Shown here: positions 1 to 11,939 of the stretch, piece by piece
How the letters are laid out: each line of letters starts with the position of its first letter
Numbering within the stretch: the first letter of the stretch is position 1
DNA from: Octopus vulgaris
Taxonomy: Eukaryota
NCBI GenBank assembly: GCA_951406725.2
Contig: OX597817.1
Span: 50,034,001 to 50,098,000, forward strand
Reading direction: 5' to 3'
Length of the DNA stretch: 64,000 bases
Made by a program: the position numbers and the translations under genes
The notes under the pieces: model-generated
Seen by the model: only the letters and a program-made list of their open reading frames with translations
What the model was told of the DNA's origin: nothing
Databases searched by the model: none

Positions 1-1
1 T

Positions 2-859
2 TACGTCTGTATCGATTGGTTGAAGAGAGGATTATCAATGTGGCCCAATGATAGCTATATTTACTTATTACACACGGAAGGCTTTTGCCAACTGTTTATA
101 TACCTTGGTTATTCATCACGCTTTCTCTCGGCTTGGATTGTAGTAGCTTTTACTGTCGAACGTTACATTGCCGTTTGCCATCCATTCCAACGATACAGGT
201 ACTATACACGTCGATCAACTCGGCGCATACTTTTGCTTGTAGTAATTTCCTCTTTGATATTTAACCTTCATAAACCGATCCTAAGCGGAATTCATGAGGC
301 CACCAAAGGTGGACCGAAAATATGCACAGTACATCCAAATTTCAATATAATATCATTCGTACTGGATAACGTTTTTGCATTTTTTATTACACTCGTTCCA
401 TTCACAGTAATTACGATACTAAACAGTCTCATAATCCGATGTCTTCTCAGAAGAAACAGAAAGAGGAACCACAACACTGTGATTACCGAGGAAAACGTCA
501 TTCGTTTAGAATTTACTTTAATTCTTCTTGTAATATCTTTCTTCTTTATTGCCCTAAATTTACCATTTTTCGTAGTATGGTGCATTCAATTCTCTAAGGC
601 TGTATTAATAACCAATGTTGATTTTATAAGAATGGCAGTAGATTTTGAATTTCTAAAGAGTATTTTATTTATCACACGAACTATCTTTTATATGAATTAC
701 TGCGTCAATTTTTTTCTTTATAGTTTCACTGGAGCATATTTCCGAAAAGAATTAGGTGCTCTATTCATCTGTAAGCGTAAGTCCTTGAACAGAAGATCTT
801 CAAGTATTGTACGCACAACAGCTGTAAGCTGTAGATCGATGCAATCTTCCTGGGTGTAA
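2..859 (+). CDS. Class A (rhodopsin-like) GPCR, peptide-receptor type (FMRFamide/TRH-receptor-like); 5'-partial, TM2 end to C-terminus
   Basis: Frame open from base 2 (YVCIDWLKRG...) to TAA at 857-859. TM3 with Cys and ERY motif (CQLFIY...FTVERYIAVCHP), TM5 (LVPFTVITILN), TM6 (FFIALNLPFFV), TM7 (NYCVNFFLY), Ser/Arg-rich tail. No intron in the visible part. Confidence 0.93.
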   Translation, partial: YVCIDWLKRGLSMWPNDSYIYLLHTEGFCQLFIYLGYSSRFLSAWIVVAFTVERYIAVCHPFQRYRYYTRRSTRRILLLVVISSLIFNLHKPILSGIHEATKGGPKICTVHPNFNIISFVLDNVFAFFITLVPFTVITILNSLIIRCLLRRNRKRNHNTVITEENVIRLEFTLILLVISFFFIALNLPFFVVWCIQFSKAVLITNVDFIRMAVDFEFLKSILFITRTIFYMNYCVNFFLYSFTGAYFRKELGALFICKRKSLNRRSSSIVRTTAVSCRSMQSSWV

Positions 860-1584
860 AGAAAAGAGAAAGAAATTTACAATTCAAATAATCTGTACGT
901 TAAAATATTTTGCTGTGAATATGGAAATAAGACTTCTGAAAACCTTATTACAAAATGATTTATACAAAATTGTTTTTTTAAATGTTTCATAATCCAACGT
1001 TCGATTTCATCCATTTTATAAATTTCAGAAATCGATGAATGATTGATATATCAACATCATACATCACAGACAGTCTATCCTAAATATCTCTCAATAATAT
1101 AACCCTCAAACAATAAACTACTTCCTTACTTCTAATCTGTTTTTACTTCAGTCAATCTCTTCATGCATACAATCATCACGTTAGACATGCTATAAGGGAG
1201 AAAATACTTTTTCAGTAGATTACAGTATTGTAAACCAACGCCTAGTCATGAAAGAAATTCGCAAATTTTCAGAAGCATAAAAAAAAATCGCTTATCTTAA
1301 CAATACCTACATTAATTATATCAAATAAATCTACTAGTGATTAATATTTTTTTAGAGTTTCTTTCTCTTACATCCAGCTTCGTATTTTATTAAGATGCCC
1401 ACGCACATTTCCATACCTATACTTAATGCTTCAGACTAGTGGCACTAAATATCACCAATTGACAACGATGTACATCAGATCTAATGGTCAAGATTTGATA
1501 AACTTAAAACAAAAACAAACAAAAAAAATGAGAAGAAGACGTTATTGTTATAAAATATGGGTTAATATATGGGAGTTTGCATTT

Positions 1585-1940
1585 TCTTTTATTTGTTCCA
1601 TTCATTTGACTGCGGCCATGCTGGAGTACCGCCTTTAATCGAACAAATCTACACTAGGGCTTATTCTTTGTAAGCCTAGTACTTATTCTATCGGTTCTTT
1701 TTGCCGAACCGCAAGGTTACCGGGACTTAATCACACCAACATCGGTTGTCAAGCGACGGTGAGGGGACAAACACAGACACGAGAGGCTTCTATCAGTTTC
1801 CGTCTACTAAATCCACTCACAAGGCTTTGGTCGGCCCCAGGCTATAGTAGAAGACACTCTCCAAAGGTGCTACGCAGTGGGACTGAATCCGGAACCATGT
1901 AGTTGGTAAGCAAGCTACTTACCACACAGACACTCCTGCG
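1585..1940 (-). mobile_element. tRNA-derived SINE, family A
   Basis: Reverse complement shows tRNA-like head (gtgtggtaagtagcttgcttacc...ggttccggattcagtccc), shared body and tail ggcggtactccagcatggccgcagtcaaatga; many copies in the window. Confidence 0.85.
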
Positions 1941-1998
<58 letters not shown>

Positions 1999-2334
1999 CA
2001 TGTATTTTCTTCTTGTAATTGGTTTGCAGATACTTGATGTGAACTGATCTGAAGCTGACCTGGAGTAAAGAGAACATGACATGAAGGAGGTCCCAGATAA
2101 CGACGGAAGGATTTTGACAAATATAACTGAATGATTGATTATCCAAATGATTAATCAAACAAGCGATTAGTTAATTGGTTAAATAGTTACTCAATTAACG
2201 AATAATAAAGAAGTGAAACAAGCAGTGTGTGCGTTTATTGTTGGTATTATAACCCTCTAGAGATACAATAAAAATATTTATTTCGCGAGTTATTACCTTT
2301 TTATGAATAATAGTAGGTTATAGATAAAGATTCT

Positions 2335-2590
2335 GGAGGCACGTGGCTTAGTGGTTAGGGTGTCAACATCATGATCGTAAGGTTGTGGTTTCGATTCCTG
2401 GACCTAGCAACGCGTTGTATTCTTTAGCAAAACACTTCATTTCACGTTGCTCCAGTCCACTCAGCTAGCAAAAATGAGTAACGCTGCGATGGACTGGCGT
2501 CCCGTCCAGCTGGGGAACACACACGCCATAGAAACCGGGAAACCAGGCCCATGAGCCTGGCTAGGCTTTAAAAGGGCGCGTTTATTTATT
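2335..2590 (+). mobile_element. tRNA-derived SINE, family C
   Basis: A box-like tggcttagtgg, B box-like gtttcgattcc, body ttcacgttgctccagtccactcagct shared with 63620-63790, (TTTA)n tail. Confidence 0.8.
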
Positions 2591-3362
2591 ATTTATAGAT
2601 AAAGATTATAATTATGAAATAAACGAATATTTTAATAAAAAAAACATGTTACTGTAATTTGTTTTCAAAAATTGAATAACATTTTATATAAGGATTATAA
2701 TTTTGATTCGGAAATTACTGAAGATATTCAGATTTATGTCATTGGTAAACCTTTTATCCGGATTTATTTCATTGGCAAACTTTTTATTATTTGAATATTA
2801 ATATTTCGGTATACGCAACATCTCTGGAACTCTACCACATACCGAGAACTTACGATACATTAATTCGTTCCCTACAGTCTTTATAGTACAATGATAATGA
2901 TTTTTATACATAGTCCATTTCATATTTAGTATAGGTAACTATTTTGAATTGATATGTAGCATCGAAGAGAAACTTCTCAAAAATTACGTCTTTAAATGCA
3001 TTAGCATAAAAGAAACCTACATAATATGATTCATTCATATTTTGCAAATCGAAGAGAGAAAGGTTGCTTTCCGAAAGTAAAACGAAAAACTTTCCCTGAA
3101 ACTTCTGCATATTTTTGGCACAACTTGTACAAGATCAAATACAAAACTCTTTCAAACTCTGAAACAACTCTCGTATTTACATGGCATCTTTGTAAGCCAC
3201 GAGAAAAAGATTATAGTTAATTTGTGTTAGCATAACAAATACTATACGACGGTAGGAGAAATATATATGAACAAAAAACAAAAGACAGCCAATCCGGAGA
3301 TTAACAATACAATATAAATAACTTATTACATGTCCGGTAATAACCAGCTTTTGAGAAGATTC

Positions 3363-3396
<34 letters not shown>

Positions 3397-3399
<3 letters not shown>

Positions 3400-4092
3400 G
3401 GTATGTAGAAAAATACAACATGGACAAGAACGTATAACTCTTAGAAGACGATACAATAAACACGGACAGGACATTCGAAACCCTCAGTCTTCAGTCAAGA
3501 ACCGGATCATCGTAGTAATTTCGGCTGATTAATCTTGAGATTACTAGATCACGGCCAGCCCTCCAAGAAAAACTAAGCAACGAGCATTAGAAAAACTAAG
3601 CTGGGAGCGTAGATTTCCTGGAAGAAGGATCGAATGCATACGGACACCAGGACAGCAAAAGGGACGAATATAAAAAAACAAAAAAATAATGGAATACAGA
3701 AACATGAAATACAGAAGCATTAACGGTGAAAACAACAACAAGTGTCTTACGACTGATAACAAGCAAACAAATATTTTCTCTGGCGCAAGGAAAGGAGCCT
3801 TATCGGCGATGCCTATAGCGGCGGACGAAAAACAACGATGTTAACACGACGCTGGTCAGAAGCTGAAAGGCAGATTTCGGCCAGCAGTCACGTGACAGAG
3901 AAGAGAGAAAAGAAAAGAAAGAGAAGCAACGGAAGAGAGAGAGAGAGAGAGAGGAGGGACAAACGCGACAAAGAGCGAGAAGAGAGAGAAAGAAGGAATC
4001 AGAGAGGAGAAGGGATGGGTGTCGAAGAGCGACCTGTGAGTGCAGAGCGAGACAAAGAAATAGGAGGGTAGTGGAAGATTAGACCAAAGAAT

Positions 4093-4132
<40 letters not shown>

Positions 4133-4174
4133 TATATATATATATATTCATATATATATATGTATATACATATA

Positions 4175-4220
<46 letters not shown>

Positions 4221-4256
4221 TATATACATATATATATATATAAATTTATATATATA

Positions 4257-4337
<81 letters not shown>

Positions 4338-5305
4338 AGTTGGTAAAAGCAGTTCATATGGTAGTGTCTAAAATTTAAGGTTCGAAAGGAGAGATGAGGA
4401 AAAATAAGAACAAATGGCAGGGAGGGGGAAGAGAATATGTTCGACGTAGGAAGGAGGAACAGAGGTAGAGAAAAAGAATTTAAAGACCGAGAAGGTGAGG
4501 GATTTATATGACTTAGGGGGAGTGAATAGAGGTGGAATAGATGAGACGGAGAGGAGGGGAGAAGGTAAATTTAAGGTCATTGAGTTGAAAGGGAGTACCA
4601 CTGGTGTTCAAGGAATCCAAGCAGTCAATAAATCACTGACGAAACAGAGATTCAGGAAGAGATAACCAGTACAAGAAAGGGATGGGGGTAGTGGAGAGGG
4701 AAGATATACTGAGATATGGAGAATGGAATAAGGAGAATACAGAAAGAAAATGCTGCTAGCATAGCTAAGTAATAAGCAAGTGTTTAACCACATTTAGGGG
4801 AAATCATAAAGACTTTACGTAATGGGTAAATGGGAATTACATTCTGTGCTTACACGAGGAAATCACATCATAGGACTTATTATCTAACGTGGTATTATGA
4901 TAGCGAAGGATAGCAAGGGATTTCCTGAAACACAGCTTACAAATAAGGTAATTAGTGTTGTACGGGGGAGCTCTACAAACTACGGACGAAGATAAGGTAT
5001 AGAGAATATTCAGGAGGTGGTGTATGTAGCTAGGGAAGTAGATAGTTTAGGGGCTCCATTTGAGAAAGAATTCAGGTGAGCCCGCTAGCGGGACTTGAAA
5101 CAAAGATTGCCGCCGATATAGATCCTAATCTAGTGGGAATAGAACAGAGGTATTATCGTTACTAGTATGGAGCTGGGAGAGGGCCTCATCGTTGTTATAT
5201 GTGTGACGGCTACTCGTACTGGTGGTGATGATACGAGGGATTCTATTATTGAAGTGGTTAGGATTCCCGAAGCTCATAATATATTAGTGTTTATACATAT
5301 TTGAA

Positions 5306-5310
<5 letters not shown>
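3397..5310 (-). mobile_element. Penelope-like element 3' part (degenerate GIY-YIG endonuclease, 3' UTR, terminal repeat), interrupted by and bounded by (TA)n
   Basis: Minus-strand translation of ~4840-5140 gives RIYIGG...FKSR*RAHLNSF, YNTNYLICKLC and VISSCKHR, matching the Penelope GIY-YIG C-terminus pattern. Followed by a pyrimidine-rich tract. May be two adjacent pieces. Confidence 0.6.
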
Positions 5311-5356
<46 letters not shown>

Positions 5357-5570
5357 AATATTAAATTTCTAAATATCTCATAGAGATATGTACGGTGGTG
5401 GGGCGATAGAATGGTTGTATATTGTCAATTTAACGTGACAGTAGGGGATTACACCACCGCTGTTTAGCCCTAGGAAGCATCGACGCCTCCTGTCGGCTTC
5501 GACACATTTTTTCCTGTGTCCTTATATATTTACGAAGGGGAGACAAACACCCCCAGCAGCCAGGCCTGCA

Positions 5571-5617
5571 TCCAGAGACACGCATATTTCAGGATCTTTG
5601 TCCATCATCGGTCTAGA
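5571..5617 (-). ncRNA. Type I hammerhead ribozyme (copy A1)
   Basis: Minus strand: UCUAGA-CCGAUGA-UGGACAAAGAUCCU-GAAA-UAUGCGUG-UC^UCUGGA. Stems I and III pair using G-U wobbles; core has a U4C variant. Confidence 0.65.
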
Positions 5618-5643
5618 GTAGCAGAAGCCTGCCAGCTGCAGAT

Positions 5644-7256
5644 TAACTCTTTATTATAGGCACAATCACCCGGATTAAGAGGGGACATTACAATACAGGA
5701 CATGGGGTACATATAATAAAAAATCAAAAAGTATGGTATGACAATGAATTATTTATAATGAATTAATGGAATGTCTTACGAGCCCCAAAACTCGCAGTTT
5801 CATTTACACTTACAATTGTGTTATTCAGGGCGTTCGTCCGTTATGTATGTGAGTAACTTCTCCTGTTCTATAATACTTGGCAAACTTTCATACCTAATGT
5901 AATGCATTACACATACAGCTGTATACGCATTTTTCAGTTTCATTACTGTCTCTTTTTCTACAATCGCCGCCTTCACTTGGTCACCAAAAATTTTCGAATT
6001 TAACTTCACTCTAATTAGACTTTTCATATTTGCCAACTTCTTTTCAATTTCCTTGTCCTTCTTGTACAATATTATAGCTTTAAGATTTCTTCCTTTTGGT
6101 CTTCCTCCTTCCTTACATTTTTCCAGCTGTTCTTCCACTCTTCTATCCCATTCTTCCGTTATCTAACAATTTGAAGCTTCACTCGCTTTCGTTTCTGTAT
6201 CTTTCTCTTCGTGCGTTCGATCCTCCATGTCGTCGATCGACTTCTTTTTAGCTTTTTTCTTTTTTTGTGCTTTGGGTGGTAATTCCACCCGCGTTCTCTT
6301 TCTATCCTCTTTTTCTTCTGTTCTTTCCTTTCCTTTCTCCGACTCCTCACCACTTTCCACATTATCTGTAGTCACGATTTCCTCTTCCACATTCGCCTTT
6401 TGTAACTCCTCTGTCAAAGCCTCCAGTGTTATCGTTTTCTCTTGTACTTCTCTTCGCAGACACATATCCTTCATGTGGCCTCTAATTTTGCAATTGTAAC
6501 ACACTGGGGGTCTCCTCTCCACCACGACTCTGAGACGTGTCTCGTCGGGGAACACCAACTCCTCTGGGATGTTATACAGGCCTGGCATAACCCCACCACT
6601 TTAGTTCTTTCGACTTTTCCACCTTTAGTATGTCGACACTCTCTTTGCAGTTGAACACTATTGCCGCTACAATTCTTTCCATGTTCAGTTCCGGTGAAAT
6701 TTTAGTGATTCGTATTCTTACTGCCCTTTTTCCACAATAGCTAGGTAGTAACACCTATTTTTCCGTTTTCAATATTTTCGTGATGTTCCTCTTCGCTTCA
6801 TCTTCGTTTTTAAAATGAACGACTACTGTTGCGTATTTTCTACCTCTATTGTAGAAGGTAGTTTCTTCTTCAATTTCCTGTAAACACCTCTCGATTTCCT
6901 CCGCTTCTGCTGCTTCTATTCTCTTCGAAGCCACGCTCCACGTTCTGTATGTTATAATACGCTTCTCCGCCTCCTTCGCTTCGTCTTCAGGTGGTGTGAC
7001 CCTCACACAATCACCTTCCTTCTTGAAGCTGTTGAAGCATTTCTTCAAAATCTCCTTCTCGACGACCACTTCCTCCAACTGCAGTTCGCTCGCAGCCAGG
7101 CCCTTGCCTGCTGCTCCCGCATAAGTTTGGGCTTGCATACTCGAAAAAAAAACGTCCAACAATTCATTACGCCGTAACAGCTTCCACCAACGAATTCGAA
7201 CTCACAGCCGCAATACACAACAACCGTAACACAAAATAACCGACACAAAAAAAAAA
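5644..7256 (-). mobile_element. Non-autonomous Tx1/L1-like retroelement carrying only ORF1
   Basis: Flanked by a 15-bp direct repeat ctgcYagctgcagat (5629-5643 and 7257-7271). Minus-strand 3' end tgtattgt..cccctct..gtgc..aataaaga resembles the LINE end at ~44494-44520. Confidence 0.7.
5821..7138 (-). pseudogene. Disrupted gag-like/ORF1 protein (~440 aa) with CCHC zinc knuckle
   Basis: Four track ORFs join through two in-frame TAGs (6755-6757, 6163-6165) and one frameshift near 6588. CYNCKIRGHMKDMC is a CX2CX4HX4C knuckle followed by a K/E-rich region. Confidence 0.75.
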
Positions 7257-7558
7257 CTGCTAGCTGCAGATATTTGTTCCGACTTCGTAAATATATATAT
7301 CTAATTTTCAGTGAAGTTTATTCACTGATTACCAAAATCAGAAATATTAAATTTCTAAATATCTCATAGAGATATGTACGGTGGTGGGGCGATAGAATGG
7401 TTGTATACTGTCAATTTAACGTGACAGTAGGGGATTACACCAACGCTGTTTAGCCCTAGGAAGCATCGACGCCTCCTGTCGGCTTCGACACATTTTTTTC
7501 CCTGTGTCCTTATATATTTACGAACGGGAGACAAACACCCCCAGCAGCCAGGCCTGCA

Positions 7559-7605
7559 TCTAGAGACATGCATGTTTCAGGATCTTTGTCCATCATCGGT
7601 CTAGA
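7559..7605 (-). ncRNA. Type I hammerhead ribozyme (copy A2)
   Basis: Minus strand: UCUAGA-CCGAUGA-UGGACAAAGAUCCU-GAAA-CAUGCAUG-UC^UCUAGA. Perfect 6-bp stem I, palindromic stem III (ACAUGCAUGU), GUC cleavage triplet. Confidence 0.72.
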
Positions 7606-8604
7606 GTATGGTAACATATCTTATTCGAGTAGGAGCATATAAAGCGAAAACGACAGGAAATACTTATAAAGACACGAATTGAAATATGTTATCGTTAACA
7701 CGGAATATGACCCCAAAATATCTAAAGACATTTCTCTGTAAGGCAAAGGTTACATATTCGTTGAATGAATGTGTTAAATTTCTGTAATAGAAGAAGTTCA
7801 TAAATGTTTAAATTGCTTTGCTTCTGGATATATTCTTCATCGTGCCGTTGAACTCTTCACTTCAGTAGAAGTAACCCAACAGTCGTACACACACATACAC
7901 ACACAAACACACGCACACACAAAATTACTTCTCTGAAGACTTACAAGGAACGCTTGAATATTTTTACCTCATACAGTGAAGAAAAGAAAATATATGGGGT
8001 CCATTTTCTCCGGGGTTTGTTTAAAAATAATGGAATCAGAATTTGATTTCGAAGCCTGTGAAAATTCCAGAAGCTGTTTCTTGAAACTTAGTACGGAAGT
8101 TTCTGTAATTCCTATTCGGTCTTGGATCAGAATCATCTATACCTTGGGCTTTAAAGTTTCACAGTTCTGGAATATTTTCTACCAAAATATTACAGATATA
8201 TTCTGAGTAGTCATTAATATATTCAAACAATATTTGGATTTCTATAATGTGTGATCTCGGATTAACGTACATCACAACTAGAGGCGCAAAGGTGGGAAGC
8301 AAACTTTCTTATATTCCAGATATCATGCAGACGGCAAAAGGATGCACCGTTATTTATGGAGAACTCGAATCTTATTCGCATCCTATCACGTTTCAATTAC
8401 TACTCGTTTCAATTCACGTAATCAATCAGGACAAAATGATTTCAAATTTATTAAACTTTGAAAGTAAAATTGTTTTATTCAATCTAAAACTGTACGCTGG
8501 CTACGATTTGAATCATATTCAAAGATATTCAGAATGCTATGATTTTCATACTATAATCTCGCTATTATATTTCATATTTCTAATGTTATTTATATTCCTT
8601 TCAA

Positions 8605-8988
8605 AATTCGGCACAAAGCTAGTATTTTCAGGGACGGGAGTAAGTCGATTACATGACCCCAGCGGTTAACTAACTTATTTTATCGATCCGAAAAAATGAA
8701 AGGTAATGTCGACCTCGGCGGATTTTGAACCCAGAGCAAAATGGCGAACGAAATACCTATTTCATTACTACCCACAAGGGACTAAACACAGAGAGGACAA
8801 ACAAGGACAGACAAACGGATTAAGTCGATTACAGCGACCCCAGTGCGTAACTGGTACTTAATTTATCGACCCCGAAAGGATGAAAGGCAAAGTCGACCTC
8901 GGCGGAATTTGATCTCAGAACGTAACGGCAGACGAAATGCCGCTAAGTATTTCGCCCGGCGTGCTAACGAATCTGCCAGCTCGCCGTT
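8605..8988 (-). mobile_element. SINE family B, two joined copies
   Basis: Shared core gaaaggatgaaaggcaaagtcgacctcggcggaatttga.ctcagaacg with tRNA-like head ggcgagctggcag...gttagcacgccggg on the minus strand. Confidence 0.85.
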
Positions 8989-9301
8989 ATGTTACAGATA
9001 CTAGCAGTACTAACGATGGAACAAAACGTATACTGCAAGCACTCAACACGGTGCTTCTTATTACGTCAGTATCCAAGCTGAGATAAAATGTCAGGTTTAA
9101 CAGAATCATTTGCCGTCTATTTTACTGGGCTGATGAATCAAAACAAGTTAAGATTTTTAGCGATGTGTAGGAAAATAGTATTATCGATACATCGAATCCA
9201 CCGCCCCCATTTTAATTGGATCTGTAATTAGTTATTTTGCTCAAAGACAAACATGCCGGCTAAATCTTAAATTACAGTAGATTTTTATTATCTTTTTATC
9301 G

Positions 9302-9515
9302 CTAAGGCGGCGAACTGCTTGAATCGTTATTACGCCGGACAAGATGTTCAATGATATTTCGTCCGATTTTATGTTCTGGGTTGAAATACTGCTGAGGTCG
9401 CTTTGCCTTTCATTATTTCGGGGGCGATAGAATAAGTAGCAGTTGAGCAGTAGGATCAATACAATCGACTTGCTCCAACTCTCAGAATTGCTGGCCTGGT
9501 GACAAGATTTGAAAC
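9302..9515 (+). mobile_element. SINE family B-related, diverged
   Basis: aaggcggcgaactg head and gaggtcgctttgcctttcat core. Confidence 0.7.
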
Positions 9516-9734
9516 TAGCAATTTTTTTATCTCATCATAAGTGTTCGCAAATAAATAATTTCTGATTTCAAAGACAGCTTTTAAAAACTTTCTCATTTTC
9601 CAGAAAACCCAACAGTGATAAATTTTCCAAAAATTCAGAAAGTTATTGATAAAATTTCTGTGACCGTGTGTGTGCCTAACACACACACAGACACGTACTT
9701 TATGTTCATATATATGAATACATAAACACACGGC

Positions 9735-9779
9735 ATATACATACATATATGTATATATATATATATATGTATGTATATG

Positions 9780-9865
<86 letters not shown>

Positions 9866-9918
9866 CAAAGTTATTTTATTCCACACGAGTAGAAATATAC
9901 ACACACACAAACACACAA

Positions 9919-10007
<89 letters not shown>

Positions 10008-10027
10008 TATATATATATATATATATA
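9735..10027. repeat. Compound microsatellite (TA)n-(GA)n-(CA)n
   Basis: Directly visible. Confidence 0.95.
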
Positions 10028-11499
10028 AGAGCAAAGTGTAAACAGTAGCGGTACTGAGACCGATAGAATAAGTACTAGGTTTATAAAGAATAAGTCCTTG
10101 GGTCGATTTGTTCGTCTAAAAGTCGATGCTCCAACATGGCCGCAGTCAAATGACTGAAACAAGCAAAAAGAATAAAAATAAAGAATGTGTTATAAGTTTT
10201 ATGAAACGTGAAGATCTTTTTTTACTGATATGTACTTACAGTTGTCCAATAGTTTGAAAGAAAGGTAATAGAAGATAAAATGCATTCATACAGTTTGGTT
10301 TGCGCTTAAATAGTATAACATAAAAATGTTGTATGAAATATTATAAAGTCGTGGAAGGAGACCGAAATGTCATTCCCTCAACTCGTCATATATTTCATCA
10401 TATGTAAGGTCAATATACTAAAGAAACTCTAATTAATAAGATGCAGGCAGATATAAGAAGGGTCACTATCTCATGTGTGTAGATATACATTTGTATATGT
10501 CCATTCACACACACATGCATATTCAGTCCAACACACACACACACACACAGTTGAAGACCTATGCATACGTACAAACAATCCTAGCGCCAATGTCTACAGT
10601 TCTGAAACGAAAAAGAATTTTAGTGTAGCTTTGGAACATACAGTCAGAAATTGTAACAGGGACGAAGAGAAGGTTAAAAAACAAAATAACAGAATGAAAA
10701 CTTAATGTGGAAATTATTAAACAAATACAACACTAAAAATATTTTTTTGAAAAATACAATACATAGCAGAACTGGGTGAAAAATTGGGACCTCAGAAAAC
10801 AAAATCAAGGATGCCATAATGTCAGAGAGTTGCGTATGGTCATTAGGGTCAGAGAAAATGAAGGATAGTTGCGGCAATGGAAGTGACAAAAGAGAAGAAG
10901 GATCCAGTCACAGTTGGAAGTGATAAGGGCTGTGGAAAACGAAAAACACAAGACTACTAAAGAGCGTGAGAGGTGAGAGAAAATAGAGGTCAATTAACAA
11001 AGTTGACGCTGCTACGACAATAGGAATGATGCATAAAAACGTCAGGGCATGATGACATTTCGTAGCATTAAACCTGTCAACTTTGATGCAAATTTAACAT
11101 TGGAACATTGTGCCACTATCTCCACGATGTATCTCGTATGTTTGTTTGTATGTATGTCATTATTCAGTTTATTTCAAAGTTTCTTGTTAATAAAGAAAGA
11201 ATTGGCTTTTCACTTAGATCCAAGGTTCCTTCATAGGAATTTCAACATCAACAACAGGATATTTTTGTCTGTATGCATGTATATATGTATGTAAGTACGT
11301 ATGTATGTATGTATGCACAGATTTGTATGTTTGTAAGTTTATATGTATTCTCATGCATATAATTACATATCTAGAAATGCTCATATATATCTAAATGACC
11401 TGGGTGGAATTTGAACTCAGAACGTAAAGACAGACGAAATACTGCTAAGCATTTTCGCCCAGTGTGCTAACGTTTCTCCCAGCTCGCCGCCTTAACAGC

Positions 11500-11855
11500 A
11501 AAGGTATTGCTATACCGGGGAATACACGAGTGCCTAACAAAGAGCTGGAAAAGTTTGAAAAGTACAAGCTACTAGGAGGTGAAATAGAATGGATGAGTTA
11601 CTGTCTTGCCCAAAATTGTAGGAGCACTAGGAGCATTAACAGCCAGATTTGAGAAATTTGCTTAAGGAATTGGAATTGATTCGAGGGCAGAAGATGCTTA
11701 GAAAACTGATTTATTGCGAACACAGAGAAGATTTTTGAGATTGGTACTTAGGTGTTGAGAATTGTGGTGAGACTTTTTAGCAAAAGGTTGCTGTCCGCTC
11801 TTACAGAATTAACAAGAGCAAGTGAATTCGAGAGCTCTGAGAAGTGAAGATGGAA

Positions 11856-11856
<1 letters not shown>
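11500..11856 (+). mobile_element. R4/Dong-like LINE 3' fragment
   Basis: IAIPGNTRVPNKELEKFEKYKLL resembles the restriction-like endonuclease C-terminus; ends in (TAA)n. Confidence 0.65.
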
Positions 11857-11887
<31 letters not shown>

Positions 11888-11939
11888 GATGATGAAATAA
11901 CAATAATATTAATGATAATAATAATGATAATAATAATAA

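Larger units (their letters stand above)
5351..7607 (-). mobile_element. Hammerhead-ribozyme tandem repeat (non-LTR retrozyme-like, 358-bp unit, subfamily A), split by a nested insertion
   Basis: Direct repeats 5351-5619 and 7337-7607. Removing the insert (5644-7256) and one TSD copy leaves a contiguous 358-bp tandem unit homologous to 52093-52449. Left end abuts (TA)n. Confidence 0.8.

Noticed and set aside
2335-2410. tRNA gene candidates at SINE heads
   Set aside because: A/B boxes are present but no full cloverleaf was found, and each continues into a SINE body.
5351-7607. Apparent LTR retrotransposon (two direct repeats around a gag-like ORF)
   Set aside because: No TG...CA termini, PBS or flanking TSD; the internal part has its own 15-bp TSD and the repeats rejoin into a tandem unit also found without the ORF at 52093-52449.
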